A stretch of DNA of 63,540 nucleotides, the filler included, from Pelomyxa schiedti (Eukaryota > Protista > Evosea): the NCBI GenBank assembly GCA_020536535.1. It is 8 parts of 8 records of this genome, joined end to end, with 100 filler letters (N's around TTAATTAATTAA, not from the genome) between each part and the next. Parts side by side here need not be neighbours in the genome. Positions count along the whole stretch, not along the records: positions 1 to 28,265 come from JAHLWZ010001024.1; positions 28,366 to 32,139 come from JAHLWZ010001685.1; positions 32,240 to 48,345 come from JAHLWZ010001147.1; 5 more parts are not named here. One strand, given 5' to 3'. The notes beneath the pieces were generated by a model, which searched no databases, had not been told where the DNA came from, and saw only the letters and a program-made list of their open reading frames with translations. This document shows positions 24,850 through 38,574 of this stretch, piece after piece (position 1 is the first letter of the stretch; each line of letters starts with the position of its first letter). The translations under genes were made by a program, and so were the position numbers.

Positions 24850-27521
24850 TTACACAAACCAAAGGTTCCACACTACTGTGGCAAACAAGATTGACCAGGG
24901 TGAAGCTGCCAAAGGCAGAGCAAAACTGAGGCTCTCACTCTTCTGTTGTGATTCTTCTGATGAAGGCGAAAACGAAACAGAGGGATTCGCAACAATCAAA
25001 TCCGCGACCATTTGCCTGACCTCCTCGAGTGCAGTGAAGTTTGTGGTGTTCCAGAACCACCCTGTGAGAGCCGGGGCACATCCATCCCATGAGCAGGTTC
25101 CCATCTGCGTGTACACCCGGGATATAATGCTCCGGACAGATTCGCCAAGGCCCAATTTCTCTGCTTGCTGGAACATGGCCCAGTCCTGAAGCCCGCTGCG
25201 GAGCATTTTTAGCCTGAGGGATGCTACTGGGCCTTCTATCTGAACTTCAGATGGAGAGCCGGCCCTGAAGAGGAAGAGAATACCAAAATGGTTGGTTAGT
25301 TATTATTATAAGAATAATTCGGAGAGGCGGAGGAAAGATAGAGAGAAAAAGAGAAAAAGCACACGGAGCAAGCCAGCCGTTGTGGTGCCCGGGATAGAGC
25401 AAAACTCCATCTCCAGATTTGTGGAATGCTTCCTCGTTTTTGCCCCAGGGGTCCTGCATGTCCCACGCAGAAATGCTCCAGAACAGAAAGCCCTGTAGTT
25501 TTTTAGTGCGGAATGAAAAGGCGGGGAGTTTCAATGAATACTTACCGTGGCCCGCTCAAAGAATGATCCCCACATCAGCATTGCTGGCTCAAAGGCGTCC
25601 AAAGTGTTTGTGGCAAATGTTGGCCAAGGAGGGTGGTTGGAGCACGACTCGTAGAACCACAGCTTTATGCCTTTATCGAACAGTGTTGGCCATGTACTCC
25701 TCCCGTAGTATTGGTCTGATGGGCCACTGCCTTCTGCCCAGTAAGTGTACCATGGAGGATTCACAACGTATATTCCAATCACTTCGTCCAGGTCATCAGT
25801 CACGGTCAGCTTGGTTGCCAAAGTTAACGCGTTACGGCTTGCATAGTAAGAAAAATAACCTGAGGTTGTATGGTACCAAGAGTCTGTGCTTTCCAATCTG
25901 AATCCCCTTGCTGCATTAATAATCCATCAGCTATAATGGCGGGGTAAAGATCAGCCGGTGGCTCGTCAGAGGCGTAAGAAACTTGAGAGTCGTAAGCTTC
26001 TGCTTCTAACATAAGAAAACCAACTTGTTGACTCGAACCACCCAAGAGACTTGTATTCCTCTGCAAATGATTCTGAAATAAGAAGTGACTACAATAGCAC
26101 GGAATAGATAGGAGGGTATGCTACGGGCAAGTGAAGTATAGACAGAATCACTGCAAGAAGAAAATGTATCCCATTCAGAGCCAGGTGAAAATGGAATAGT
26201 GAAGTCAGTCATATTAACTCCATCTGAGAAATGTGTTCTACATAGTGTTACACGGTAACATAAGTTGTTATCTACCCATCAAAGTAGCTACTTAAATCAC
26301 TGATGTATTCCGTGTTCTCGAAATCCACAGAGCACCCATCCCATGCCGGCCTTACTTCCTTTAGTTTGGAAGGGAAAGGAAGGGAGCATACCTGATAAAC
26401 ATGGGATTGGTTTGAATCCTGTGTAAGTGGGCCAGGTCTTCATATCTGTGGGCGACTTCTTTACCAAGTTCACTCCAGTTATTGTAGCAAACAAGGGAAT
26501 CACCACTCCCTTAACATCTGAGAGGAAGAGGAGAAATAGTGTGATACCTGAGCACCAGTCGTACGTTCCATCGTGATATGCTGTAAGAGTATCTTCTGAG
26601 AGTTGGAAAAGGGAGGAAACAGAATTCATCGTGTCCAGCACAAAGTCCCACACCTGAAGGTGCACTGGTATTTGGAGCAGTTGAGATCCCCCAGATTTAA
26701 CAATGATATTTCTTGAAGTTGAAATTGGATTAAACAACAAAAAAATGATTTCAGCTTCAAACTCACCCAACGTAGTTTCCTGCCATTGCATCTTTTGGTA
26801 CATGCACATCCACAAACAGTGCCACATTTTCACCAGCAGTACAATCAAATGGCTTGGGGGATTGAGTCTTGATACGCAGGAATAAATCAACACACTTGAG
26901 CCACGTTTTCGTTTGTATAGGGATCAATTAAAGGCACAAGAGGATCAGGGATATTGGTATCACCAGTGGGTGAAAACTCTGGCACAGGTAGGCTCCCTGT
27001 GATATAATAGTCTGGACTTCCAGCAAAATCTATCCAATACTGCCTAAAGAAAACAAAGGAGCCACTGTCAATACTGCTGCTTGTCTGGGTACTATTTGGT
27101 TAAAGAAAAAAAAAAAAGAGTGAAAATGGCTGGCTGCACGCACGGTTGATTCCGTAAGTGAAGTTGCTTCAATTAAAATATCCTGTGCATCCCCATACAG
27201 CACAAACTGTCCACTCCCAAAGCTGTTGGGATTTAGCAAGCCAAAACGTGATTCACAGGTACAAAAATAAAAGGTTAAAAAAAAAAAATGTAACCACATA
27301 AAATTAGGCAACTTTTCCAAAACATTCAACAATGCAAGGTACCTCGCCTTGGGCGTGTTGATTACCAAGTAAGGCACTAGGTCTTGAGACCCGGGCTTGG
27401 CTGTTGTTGGTTGAATTTTCCTGTTTATCGGCGCTCCCCACCACTCCAGCCCCGACACCCCACTGCACGAAATGACGACAGCAAAAGCAACTGCAACCAA
27501 ACCCACACCAGCAACCTTCAT
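24850..27521 (-). CDS. Secreted or anchored DUF4091 / glycoside hydrolase 123-like protein (multi-exon)
   Basis: Signal peptide MKVAGVGLVAVAFAVV; YASDEP; GFLFW..SAW...DPW; GDGVLLYPG; PVASLRLKMLRSGLQDW; hydrophobic tail. Confidence 0.85.
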
Positions 27522-27706
27522 TGCGCGAGTCACCTCTGCAAATGACCGTTGCGTGGGTACCAGACAACGGAAAAGTTTTTGATCGATTCATCCCTTTTTT
27601 GAAAGTACGAACTATTTACATCGTTTCTTGTGAAGGACTTGTGCGGCATACCTAGAACCAACATCTGGGGAGAAGTACGGTGGAGACGGTGGAATCTTGT
27701 CGGCGA

Positions 27707-28908
27707 TTATGCCGTACCGTGTGCGTAGAACCAGTGTAATTCCAGCATTTTCTCCAAGAGCTGTCATAGAGTGTAAACATATGTTAAGGGATGACTAAGT
27801 TTAATATCTGGGCCAGTTCAATCAATGCAAACATTTGTTTCAAGAGACATTCCCAGGAATTTACTGAGTCAGATGAAGATTCACATCCTTGACAACAAGC
27901 CTTCTAGCTCTTAGTCCATACAACACAGCATCTGACCATGAGTGATCACACCAATAACAAAAGGATTCACCAGAGTTGTGAAGAGCAAACAAAGAGCGAA
28001 CATATTGGATCTGATAGTTTCCCATTTTGTATAAATCTTTGATGTTAGTACTTCACAATGATGTCAGTAAACTTTAACACATAAGCTCCTGCCAACCTAG
28101 TCAGGCTTTTGCCAATGAATCAGGTTTACAGAACCCAGGAAATAACACCCAAAAAGCACAAAATTACAGTCAAATTGCAACTCTGTGGTTGATATTGTGT
28201 AAAAATCCTTGCTATTTTTGTTCAGTTGAGTGTCATTTTTTGTGGAAAACCTTGGTGTTCATAACNNNNNNNNNNNNNNNNNNNNNNNNNNNNNNNNNNN
28301 NNNNNNNNNTTAATTAATTAANNNNNNNNNNNNNNNNNNNNNNNNNNNNNNNNNNNNNNNNNNNNAGGTGGCCCTTGCACAAGCGATTGTTTCTAAGTGG
28401 ACAAAATATGTGTCCACATCCACTTGCTTGGCATTTTACAGGCAGACTTAACTAAAGAGGATGAGAACTTCCAGAAAACGGTAATTTCTACTTGAAAGTA
28501 GGTTTTCGGATGGAGGTCCCCATGGGAGCGATGCCGTTTTATGCCTTTCTTTAGCAATAGCCGGTCCCACAGTTCTGGAAATTCGGAAACCTTGAAGTAA
28601 ATGTTAGGTAGTAATTGAAATCAGTAACGCATACAGTGCGCAATTGTTTACACACTTGCGCAAGGTGGCATAAGTCGCAGTAATCTAATTTAGAGAAAAT
28701 GCGTTTCAAAACGCAGGGAGAAAGGTCCAGCACGGTGGTTCTTTCTTCTTGTTCACTACTGTTGTTACAATAGTAAATGTGAGCAAAAACGATAGGTGGG
28801 TGAATGTATCTAAGAAGTGAGGGAAAAAAAAAAGTAAGAAAGAAACAACGCAAACAAAAAAAGGGAAGGGGACAACCTTAGCGATTTGCTAGAAAATAGG
28901 TAGGGCAT
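27707..28908 (-). CDS. F-box protein with BTB-like segments (spans an assembly gap)
   Basis: F-box LDLSPCVLKRIFSKLDYCDLCHLAQVCKQLR; BTB-like DTYFVHLETIACAR and QMFALIELAQILNL. 3' end uncertain. Confidence 0.55.
28266..28365. other. Assembly gap with TTAATTAATTAA linker (same at 32140, 48346, 49697, 55499, 59208, 61394; plain 100-N gaps at 29741 and 53006)
   Basis: Uniform 100-nt length with a central six-frame stop cassette. Confidence 0.97.
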
Positions 28909-29219
28909 GTTGTTTTTCTTTGGTCTGTGTTGCGTTGTGTAGTGCGATTGTTTCAATGGCAAATGGTTGCTTCCATCGTGGGAGCAAGAAGGATAGCCTA
29001 GAACAGAGGAGAAGAAAGAGAATAGTTTACAATAACTGCCTGTGAAGAATTCCACCAGTCTTCTTCACTTCAGTTACTGTAAACTATACTCTTTGGAACG
29101 ATGGAAACGTTCCAGAGGGGGAGATGGAAAAGAAAAAAGAGCTTCCTCGCTTCTATTGGAAAAAAAAAGAGCGAGGAAAAAACCAAAACAACCAATAAAA
29201 TTCGTGCACAGAACAAAAT

Positions 29220-31776
29220 ATGGAAGACAACAAAGGGAAAAGCAAAGAAAATGCAGAAAATTGTGGAGCAGGCATCCCGCTGGAGCTCATCAAGGCGCCG
29301 TATGACAACATCGCAGTCGCCGCGTCGGATTCCACGCCGATAAGAGCGCTAGTTGCAGACGATTTCTCGTTCTCGCTCGGCTCAGATGGAGTACTAATAA
29401 CGCCGAATCCAGAGCCCGGGAGCGGGAGCGCGAGCGGGACGCTGACGACGGGCACAAATCACGAAGAGAAAGCGAGCAGGAGGAGCAATTCGCCGCTGAG
29501 GTCAAGAAGTCCTATAGAGCCGAACGACGAAGAAACCCCAGAGAGAAGAGGGTCCCTAGAATTCATTGACTTATCTCCAGACAAGTATAGCCTCCACGCC
29601 TTTTTTTTTTAAAAAAATACCATTCTTCGTTAGTATGCACAAATTGGTTGCTGTTTGTCGTTTGTTTTGTATATTAGTTTGGTTTAATAATACAATACAC
29701 ACCAAATCGCGTTTGCCTATAGCGTCACCTACAATTTTTTNNNNNNNNNNNNNNNNNNNNNNNNNNNNNNNNNNNNNNNNNNNNNNNNNNNNNNNNNNNN
29801 NNNNNNNNNNNNNNNNNNNNNNNNNNNNNNNNNNNNNNNNTTACAGCTATTGCGGGGAATGATTTACTTGGGTCAATTCTGTACACTGCTGGGCCATGTG
29901 GAGTTACTTGCGGGAAACTATCTCCTATTGCTCTGTTAATAGTTGCACTCCCTCTTTTTTTCTACCGGTACATCTACAGCGAAGTTATCACTGCAATTCC
30001 CCTCAATGGAGGAGTATACAATATCTTGCAGCACTGCGAAAAGTAGGCAATTTTCATTATTCTATTGGAATCAAACAGTCTCACTCAGCCCACTAGTTGC
30101 AGCTGCACTTGCTTCTGTTCTGATGATCCTGTCCTCTATTGCAACAGCTGTAGTATCGGCAGCTACAGCAGCACAGTATCTGCATGAGATAACATCAGAC
30201 TTTCCTATCAGTACTTTTTGGCTTACCTTGTTGATTCTATTTGCCGTTTCGGCTCTGATGCTACTTGGTGTGAGAGACTCTTCTATTGTATCCCTGATCA
30301 TGTTCACGCACCACATCATCTGCATCATTGTGCTTTGCATTTTTGGGATTCTAGAACTGAGCAAGCAAGGCACATCAACACTGAAAGCCAACTGGGAATT
30401 GCCATCAATTAACGGTGGCTATGGGAAGGACTTATGGCTCGGCTTCAGTGCGGCAATGCTTGGAGTCACCGGTTTTGAAACCTCAGCCAACTACGTGGAG
30501 AGTCAGAAGAAGGGAGTTTACCCCAAGTGCTTGAGAAATATGTGGGCAATGAGTACCGTTCAGAATGTTCTCGTTATGTTCCTTATCACTGCTCTCGTTG
30601 ACTACAGTGATATGAAGACCATGCAATACGACTTGGTGGCTGCTCTCACAAAAGCTACAAATCAGAACTGGCTTACCACTTGGCTTCGCGTTAACGCCAC
30701 CATAGTCTGCATTGGTGGAGTCATAACAGGGTAAGAACTTCTTTTATCCTTTGCCAAACATAATTTAACATATGATAAGGTTTGTTGGCTGCATCAGGCT
30801 TGGGGAGAGGCTTGTACAGGACAGAGTGTTACCGGGGATCCTCATGCAAAAAAACCGGCTCTTCCATACATCACACTGGGTCATCTGTGCTTTTTGGTTG
30901 CTTACATCAATTCTCTTCGCAGTCACTGGTGGGAATATTTCAAGTCTTGCCGGAATGTTTACTGCCTCTTTTCTGACAGTGCTGTTTGTAGTAGCTTGTG
31001 GAAATCTACTCTTCAAGTACAAAAGACGCAGCATTCCAAAGTTTACCCACTGCCACTGGACTGGCGTTGTTGTTGGTGGTGCCTTTATTTTGCTAGCACT
31101 CATTGGAAACGTCTACATGGACTCAGGTTGACATTCTAATTTGTTTTCTTCTGTCTTATGCTCCCACAGCTATTTTACTCTTCTTTTTCTGCTACTTCTG
31201 CGGAGTTGCTACTGTTGTTGTTTTCATGGTTTTCCATCACCGGTTCTACAGTATCATCCTGCACTCTGAAGTGATAAAACTCCCGGTAATTCGTCTACTG
31301 AATGAAAGGATACTTGATCTGTACCACAACTGGCACAGCGTTGCCTTCTTTACAAAGAGAGCTTCTCTATCTGAGCTGAGGAAAGCTTGCAATTATGCAT
31401 ACGAAAACTGCAATAATATCATCAACACATATTGATATTTACACAGATTCTCCAACGAATTCCCAAGCTTCATGACCATAATTGTTGCACACAAGCCGGA
31501 TGAACCAGCACCAGTTCACCTGAAACCAATGCTGAAGGTCCTGGATGACATGTATCCCAGAATGGTCATTAACCTCATGTTCATGAAGGGGACTGTTTCC
31601 CCACCTGAAATAGGTAACTCTACTGATGGTATTTATTGATAATCACCTATTCTTTAACAGATGTACTGAGTAAAGTACTGAGAGTACCAAAGAACTTCAT
31701 ATTTATACCGTGCCCAACTAAGGACTGGCCTCTCAACATGGAAGAAGCTGGCGGTGTGAGAATCGTCACCAACTAG
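29220..31776 (+). CDS. APC-superfamily amino acid permease with C-terminal cytoplasmic domain (multi-exon, internal gap)
   Basis: GNDLLGSILYTAG, AIPLNGGVYN, AMLGVTGFETSANYVE..KGVYPKCLRN, multiple TM helices, terminal GGVRIV. Confidence 0.9.
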
Positions 31777-34700
31777 TTTTGTTTTCACTATTTGATGCAA
31801 AAAGTGTTCTGAATGTACTTTTTCCCCCCTTACCATATTCTAAATAATTTTAATATTTTTGGGTTTAAAAATTGATCAAAAGTCTTTCTGTCCCATGGGA
31901 ATTCCCACGACGCGAAAAGGAGGAAAAACGCGGGCATAAAAGGAGCGACAGAAACCACAACAAACTAACAAATCAAAACACGATTGGGGGCGAAGCAAAG
32001 CTGAGCCCCCTTCCCTCGAGTTTGACACCAAAGTACCGCGGCGGGCGTTTGGAAACCCCGAACACATTCCCAGACCAAACCCAACTGGGCTGGGAATCCC
32101 CGCGGAATACTGGGCGCCAAGGGGGGTTGTTGGGTGGGGNNNNNNNNNNNNNNNNNNNNNNNNNNNNNNNNNNNNNNNNNNNNTTAATTAATTAANNNNN
32201 NNNNNNNNNNNNNNNNNNNNNNNNNNNNNNNNNNNNNNNTGAGATGCAGACAGTTTCTGTACTTCAGGGTAATTTCATCAACATCAGTGCTCTTCCTCTT
32301 TTCCTCCTCATAAGTCCTCTCCAGTTCCCTGGCAATAGTTGTAGCTTGGCCCATAGTGGTAGTAATTCCAGGTATGCCAATATACTTGTGCCTCACAGGT
32401 ACCATTATACCTTTCTTGAACACTAGAAGTCTTAGTATTGTTTGGTTGTTAGGACCATGTAAGGGAGTCACAAGCCTCAGCACTTCATCTTGGAGATGCC
32501 AGGCTCAGGTGTTGAACTCAATTGGAGGCACTGACAAAGAAAAGCACTGCATAAAAATGTGAAAATGCCAGCAATATAGCAGCAATACATCAAGACAAGA
32601 AGACACACAGCTGTGCATAAGTTCACCAAGCAAGGAAAATTCCAAGCATTCTGTTCATTTTCAAATCCAACCTAGTGGTTAAGTTTTAGTTTTGTGAGTT
32701 GGTGACAAGAATGTATGTAAGTGCGGTTGTTGTTGTTTTGTTTGTTGAGTTCAGTTGAACAAGTGTGCAAAGAAGGAGAGAGGAGAGCAAACCTCACTGA
32801 CTGTGGCTAACCCACTAAGCTCAGAGTAAGTTGGGGAAAAAACCCAATGGCAACTGACAATGACAATAACAATAAAAAAAGGCCTGGGTGTGTGGAAAGG
32901 GAGTGTGAGACCAAAAAGAGAAAATTGAGTGGGTTGGGAAATAATTACCTTGTTTTCTGCTCCCAAAATGCCAGGGGGTTGGGAGTTTCCAAACAGTGAA
33001 GAGGAGAGGAAATGGCAAGTGGAAGGAACAGTGAACCACAAGTAGTACGCGCACGAAAGCGTCCCCTTCCATATCCAAATTTTTCGTTTTTGGTGGATCT
33101 CTGGCAGTTTTGGTAGCCCCCGCCACAGGCCACTTCCCTTTCCTTCCCTTTCCATAGTTAAACCTGGCCTTTTTTTTTGGGTGTTGTCAGGGGTGTGAGA
33201 CCAGGTGAGTGATCATCATCATACTTTGTGGCCTGAAAGCCATGGCAAAATGAGCAATGTACATGCATACACATAGCTTTGGAGTCATACAATGTGGAAA
33301 AAAGAAACAAATATAGGTCATGGGTTTTTCTTGTATATCCTCTCCCCCTCTTTGGACCTATGGACATTTAAAGGTTTTCAATTCAATACATAAGGCAACA
33401 CCTTGGTGATGACTTCAGAGATGTACTGGTGGTGTGGGGAGCTCCTGATTTCTGAGTCTGCTCACTCACAGCCCCACCTTATCCCTAGCTGTACCACAGT
33501 ATCACTCTTGATGTTGCTGTGTTGCTGCCAGTGTCACCAGCTTGCTCACAACTGTGCTACTGATATTGTCAACCTTGCTTTGTCGCTCCTGGTGTCACTG
33601 TTTTGCTCCCTGTACTGCCGTGTCACTCTTTACATTGTGAGTATAGTGAGAATACCATAGTGGTGTTCGAGCCCAGTGAGTGGTGGAGAGCAGGATTGGA
33701 TGTGAGATAGAGGGTGTGAGAAGTAAAGCAGGAATGAAGGTGAGCAAGAGTAAGAATGTGAGTGTGGAGCTGAGCATGGGACTTAGCAGGTGAGTGAGAG
33801 GAAGTCTGACCTGGTGTTGTGCTCAATCTGGCAGTGATGGTACCTGTTATTTACTGAGTGGGGTTGGAGGTGAATATTGGGGAGACAATTACTGTGAAAG
33901 AGAGTGGATTTGTGAGGCCTGGTGCAGTGCACCTTTCTTGGAAGGGACAGGGGAGTTTACCTCAGCTGCCAGCCAGCTCAGCAGCAGCAAGTCCAGCACC
34001 TGGCATCCAAGGTGAAAACTGAGAAAAATAAGAAGTAAGACATATACCAGTGACCAAGTCATCCCACATGCCTCTCCTGTGTTTGTGGGATTAGGTTTCC
34101 TAAAGAGAGAAGATGAGTGCATGGAGTTGAGAGTGAATGGATACCCATTTGGTATCCATCACCAGGTCGAAGACAGATGCAATGTTTCCAGTCCATTAAT
34201 TTGTGCTTGAGTGGCAGCATGGGCCTATGTTGGCATGAGAACTTAAAACGCAAATGGATATGTACTGCTCTGTCAAGACCTAGGTTGCTGTGAGAACAAG
34301 TCAGAGAAAACAAAGGCATTCTGAGAAGGATGCAGAACTGCAGGCTGGCAAGTTGAACTCAGCAGGTTGCTGCACAACCAATTCCACAGAACTCCAGTCT
34401 CTACAGCACTTTGGGTCAGCTTGGCAATCTAAATTCGTGGTTGGAACTTGGACTCTGACAATAGAGAAGACACTAACATGTGGGAATGCCATTTCATGAG
34501 TAAGTAAGCACTTATGAAACAAGGATGAGGGAAAAGAGAGGAACCAATTCCAAGGTGGGGCATGCATTCTACAAACCCAAATTCAACACAAGAAACTGCT
34601 AAATCATTTTCATGGCTAAGTACAATGAATTGTGTGTGCTGGGAAGAGTTGTACCTTTCTTTCAATTGCAGGGCACACTAGATACATATGTACAATAAAA

Positions 34701-34780
34701 GTACAATGATAATTACAATGTTCATCTTTATGAGGAGCCATTCTGGGCCAGAGGACCCTGCTCACTTTTTAAATCTGGTT

Positions 34781-37601
34781 TTAATTTTGGGTTTCACATA
34801 CTGGCTCTTGAAGAACCTCCCAATTTGTAAGATGCATTTGGCTGAGGTGATATGATAAGAGACAGCGAAGGTTCATACAGAAATATTTGTTACAGATTTT
34901 ATCTATCCGTTGAGTGCGGTTCCCACATACAGCACAATTTGACTTTTTTCGACAGAGTACTGTTTGATGAAAGACTAATTGACCCAAAGGAGGACCTTCA
35001 TATACACAAGATGGATTAGATGACTGTTCTTGTGCTGGAACCAAAGTTTGTATAACCATAAAAATATAATCCCGCAACAACATGCCACTTTTATCAAGTT
35101 GGAAATGCCTTGAAACTTCCTATATTTGCATCAAAATTGAGTTAAAAAGGGGATGTCATTACTTCATGATAACAATATGCATTCTTAAGTAAAACATAGA
35201 ACAACATGTGCAATGTAGCAACCCAATGGTGTTTGGCTTTATTTTTTCTTCTTACACTGCTGGTCATATGTTTATTCACATCCTCAAAATTGTGGGTCAT
35301 GTTATACCTTGCAAAAATTATTTTTTTTTTTTTTTTTGAAAGAGAGACAGACTTAACAATGGCGAAGCAGCTATAAGCCAGTACTTTCTCTTTTCTAGAT
35401 CTATCCCAAACTTCTCTGTGTGAGTCATTCAACATATCTTATAACATTAAAGAAAAAAAAGAAACAACTTTGTTATACCATTCATGTTTGTAAGAAGGTT
35501 AATAATTTTTGGTTTCCCCTTAGCATCGTTTTTTGCATAATATGATATTGCCAAAAGGTGAGGTTCCTTGCAGGTAATGTATTTTGTGATTTAAAAAAAA
35601 TTATTGGTTTTTACCAAGGTGCGATAGCTACTTTGAACATGATATTTCTCAAGGTCTTTATGTAAATGTTGCCACAAAAATGTAGGTCGTGCTCCAGCAC
35701 AATTACATAACACATAGTATCCTGTGTCAATCTTTCTATACAAAACAGAATAATCGAAAATTCATATCATACCTCTGTTTAAGATATCTAAAGCTAAGTC
35801 CAAACTTGAGAAGGGACCAGCATCAGTACATACTAAGTGATCACTTCCTTTCATTTTATCCAATGTATCCAAAAACTCAGGTAACATATACTTGAGGAGA
35901 AATTTAACAAATGTTATTGTAGATACATACAACCTTGGCTTTACATTGACCAGCTGGTAATTGTCCATGAGCTTCTCTCCAGATCCAATCTACCATACAT
36001 TGCAAAGTATAACCTTTTTTGTCCACCAATTTCCAACTGTTGAGCCCACATTTGTCTGCTTTCTTGTTGTTTTTGCATTTTCCACCACCTAGACCTGACC
36101 ACTTCCACAAATCGTCATCAATACATATTTCAGTGTCAGGAATCCAAAGTCTTTGAGCAATGCTAGTCAAATCCTTACAAACTTGTGATGTATCCACCTG
36201 CATTTATTTTTTTTTTTAGTTGAAAAGCTTTTGGACCAAAATTAACATACACAAAGGTTGTTATTTATAAACATAAACTCTTCGTCAGACATAGCTTTTG
36301 CCATCCATTGATTGTAAGATATTGGATTGTTTTTGTTCCAAAAGTCTTCAATATTCTCCATGCGTATTAGTCCTTTTGAATGTATGTAAATGAATAAAAG
36401 TTGGTTGTACAACCTTGAGCCAAAAAAACAGCAAACCAAGTATGAAGTGTTTTCATATCCAAAACATAAATTGTGTTTCTTCCAGGCAGTCTCAGTTTAT
36501 CATCAGCACATCGTGAGTTGATGCCATCCAACATTAACTTGAAGATTGGTTCAAAGTGCTCTGTAAAGCCTGCCAAAGGAGAATACACACTTGGCATTAT
36601 TTTGACTCCAGCAGTATGTGTTTGTGGAGTAGGAAATGTAGGTGAAGGATTAGGCAATGGTACCCAAGAGTGCTGCATCTTATCAGTCACAACCTCTTTC
36701 CAGAAAGAATTACCTCTTCAAGAATCACTTGTGGGTCTGTAGATCCATGGCGCCTGTGTGTAGATTGCCTTGGCCTTGGTCTTTGTGGTACAGAGTTGCT
36801 TGGTTGTGTGACTGAATTTAAAATAATGAATTAAAAAAAATGGAAAAAATAAATAAACATACCACAACTTGTTGCCTCTTCATCACTAGATAAGTCCGCC
36901 AGAGATGGATCTAATGTTGTGTACTTATTAGTGTTCTACTAAACATGTGCAAAACTTACTTCTCAAAAATGCGCTATTGTCATCATCATCATCATCATCG
37001 ATTAGGTTGTCATCTCCTCTTGTTGTAGTACTTTGTGATGCAAGAGGCAACTGTGGTGAGAAATTAAATGGTGATGATGGTATGGAAGGTGGAGGCATGT
37101 CCAGTGAGAATGATGAAAATCTTTGTTGTGCTGAAGTTGAGGGAGAAACTTGAAATGGAAAGGGAGATGTAGGTTGGTACTGTGAGGGGAAAGAAAATAT
37201 CGGAGGTGCTGAAGAGGTTGTGTAGGAAACTGGAGATGGAAAAGGAGATAGAGGCTGGTATGGTGAGAATGAAGAAAATATGTGAGGGGATGAAGAATTT
37301 ACATGAGAACTTTGAGACATAACAGCTGTCAAATAGGTCACCATTTGGCTGTCACAAAGAATATGTGTGTCATACCTGGTACTTGTACAGGGGGAGCTGT
37401 TGATGAACGTGATTTTTTCGAAGAACGCCTTGGGCATCTGCGTCTATCATGGTCAGTGCCCTGGCATAGGCTACAGTGACGTGTGCTTCCACAATTGCCT
37501 GGCTGTAAGGATTGGGACTGTGACTGTTCTGAATGATGTATTTGTTGAGGTTGAGGTTGTGTGCTACTGACTGATGCCCCTGGTACATGTGGACCTTGCA
37601 T
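34781..37601 (-). mobile_element. piggyBac-like transposase gene, intron-containing, probably inactivated
   Basis: EICIDDDLWKWSG..KADKCGLNSWKLVD..GY; LVCTDAGPFSS..LA; RYN...EDV; C-terminal CAVC..C...FC....C...H; upstream CCHC knuckle. Probable in-frame TGA at 36718-36720. Confidence 0.75.
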
Positions 37602-37651
37602 TCTGTAAATAATGAAAGAGATTAGATAACAAAGTTAACTGCATATCGAAA

Positions 37652-37760
37652 ATACACAAAAAACAAAAACAAAAAAACCAAACAAAACCAAACAAAACAA
37701 AACAAAACAAAGCAAAGCAAAAACAAAAGCAAAAACAAAAACAAAAGCAGAAACAGAAGC
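37652..37760. repeat. A-rich microsatellite (CAAAA/CAAAAA)n
   Basis: Direct inspection. Confidence 0.8.
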
Positions 37761-38574
37761 AGTGGCCAATGGTTGGTTGGTGATGCTCCCCCCTTCCTAC
37801 TTTCCCTCTCCCTCCTTGCCTCCTTCTCCTGCCTCCCATCCCATTGCCTCTTATGAATGTGGGTGTTGATGTGCCGGAGTTGTTGTCCCCAACTTTGCTC
37901 TCCTTGCTGTCACGTGCACTGAAGGTAGCATTTGTACACCACCGGCCCCACTGTGACGTGCACTAATGCCCCCCTTCTGGAAGCGAGCCTGCCACAGCAT
38001 TCACAGCCACAACGACCGAAGCAGTGACAGCCAAAGCCATGGATGATAGTGATCAATTACATGTGACTGCGACTGTGTGGTAGCCAGTGCAGCGAGTGTC
38101 GACAAAACTGCAGAGACCGTTGCCATGAGGGTGCTGCCGCTGCCGAGCACGCTGCCGCTTGCCAACGACGGTGACAACGAGGATGATGTGAAATGAGTGG
38201 CGAGGGTGACGTGGAGTGAGGCAGAGTTGACGAAGATGGGCATGTACCAACCACGGTTTGTCTCCCTCCCATCTCCTCTCCCATCCACCGACAGCCACAA
38301 CAATGGCGGTTGTAAGACAAAAACACAAAAACAGTAAACAACTACGTACAAGTGGGAACACAGAACAGACCACGTCCGTAACACCTACCAAGGTTTTTTT
38401 TTGTTCTTTACCGCGGGACGCAAACCTTCCTTTTCAACACTTTTTTCCCCGAAGTCCTCGGCGGACACAGATAAAATTTTGTTTGCCCCTGGTGTCCACT
38501 CTTGTTGGAAGTGCCCAATTCTGTGTTCGGTGCTCACTTTTGCCTAAAGTGGGGAATGGATATAGAGTAGCCAC

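Noticed and set aside
28310-28321. Recurrent TTAATTAATTAA as a biological repeat or piggyBac site
   Set aside because: Always centred in 100-nt N runs; it is an artificial six-frame stop linker.
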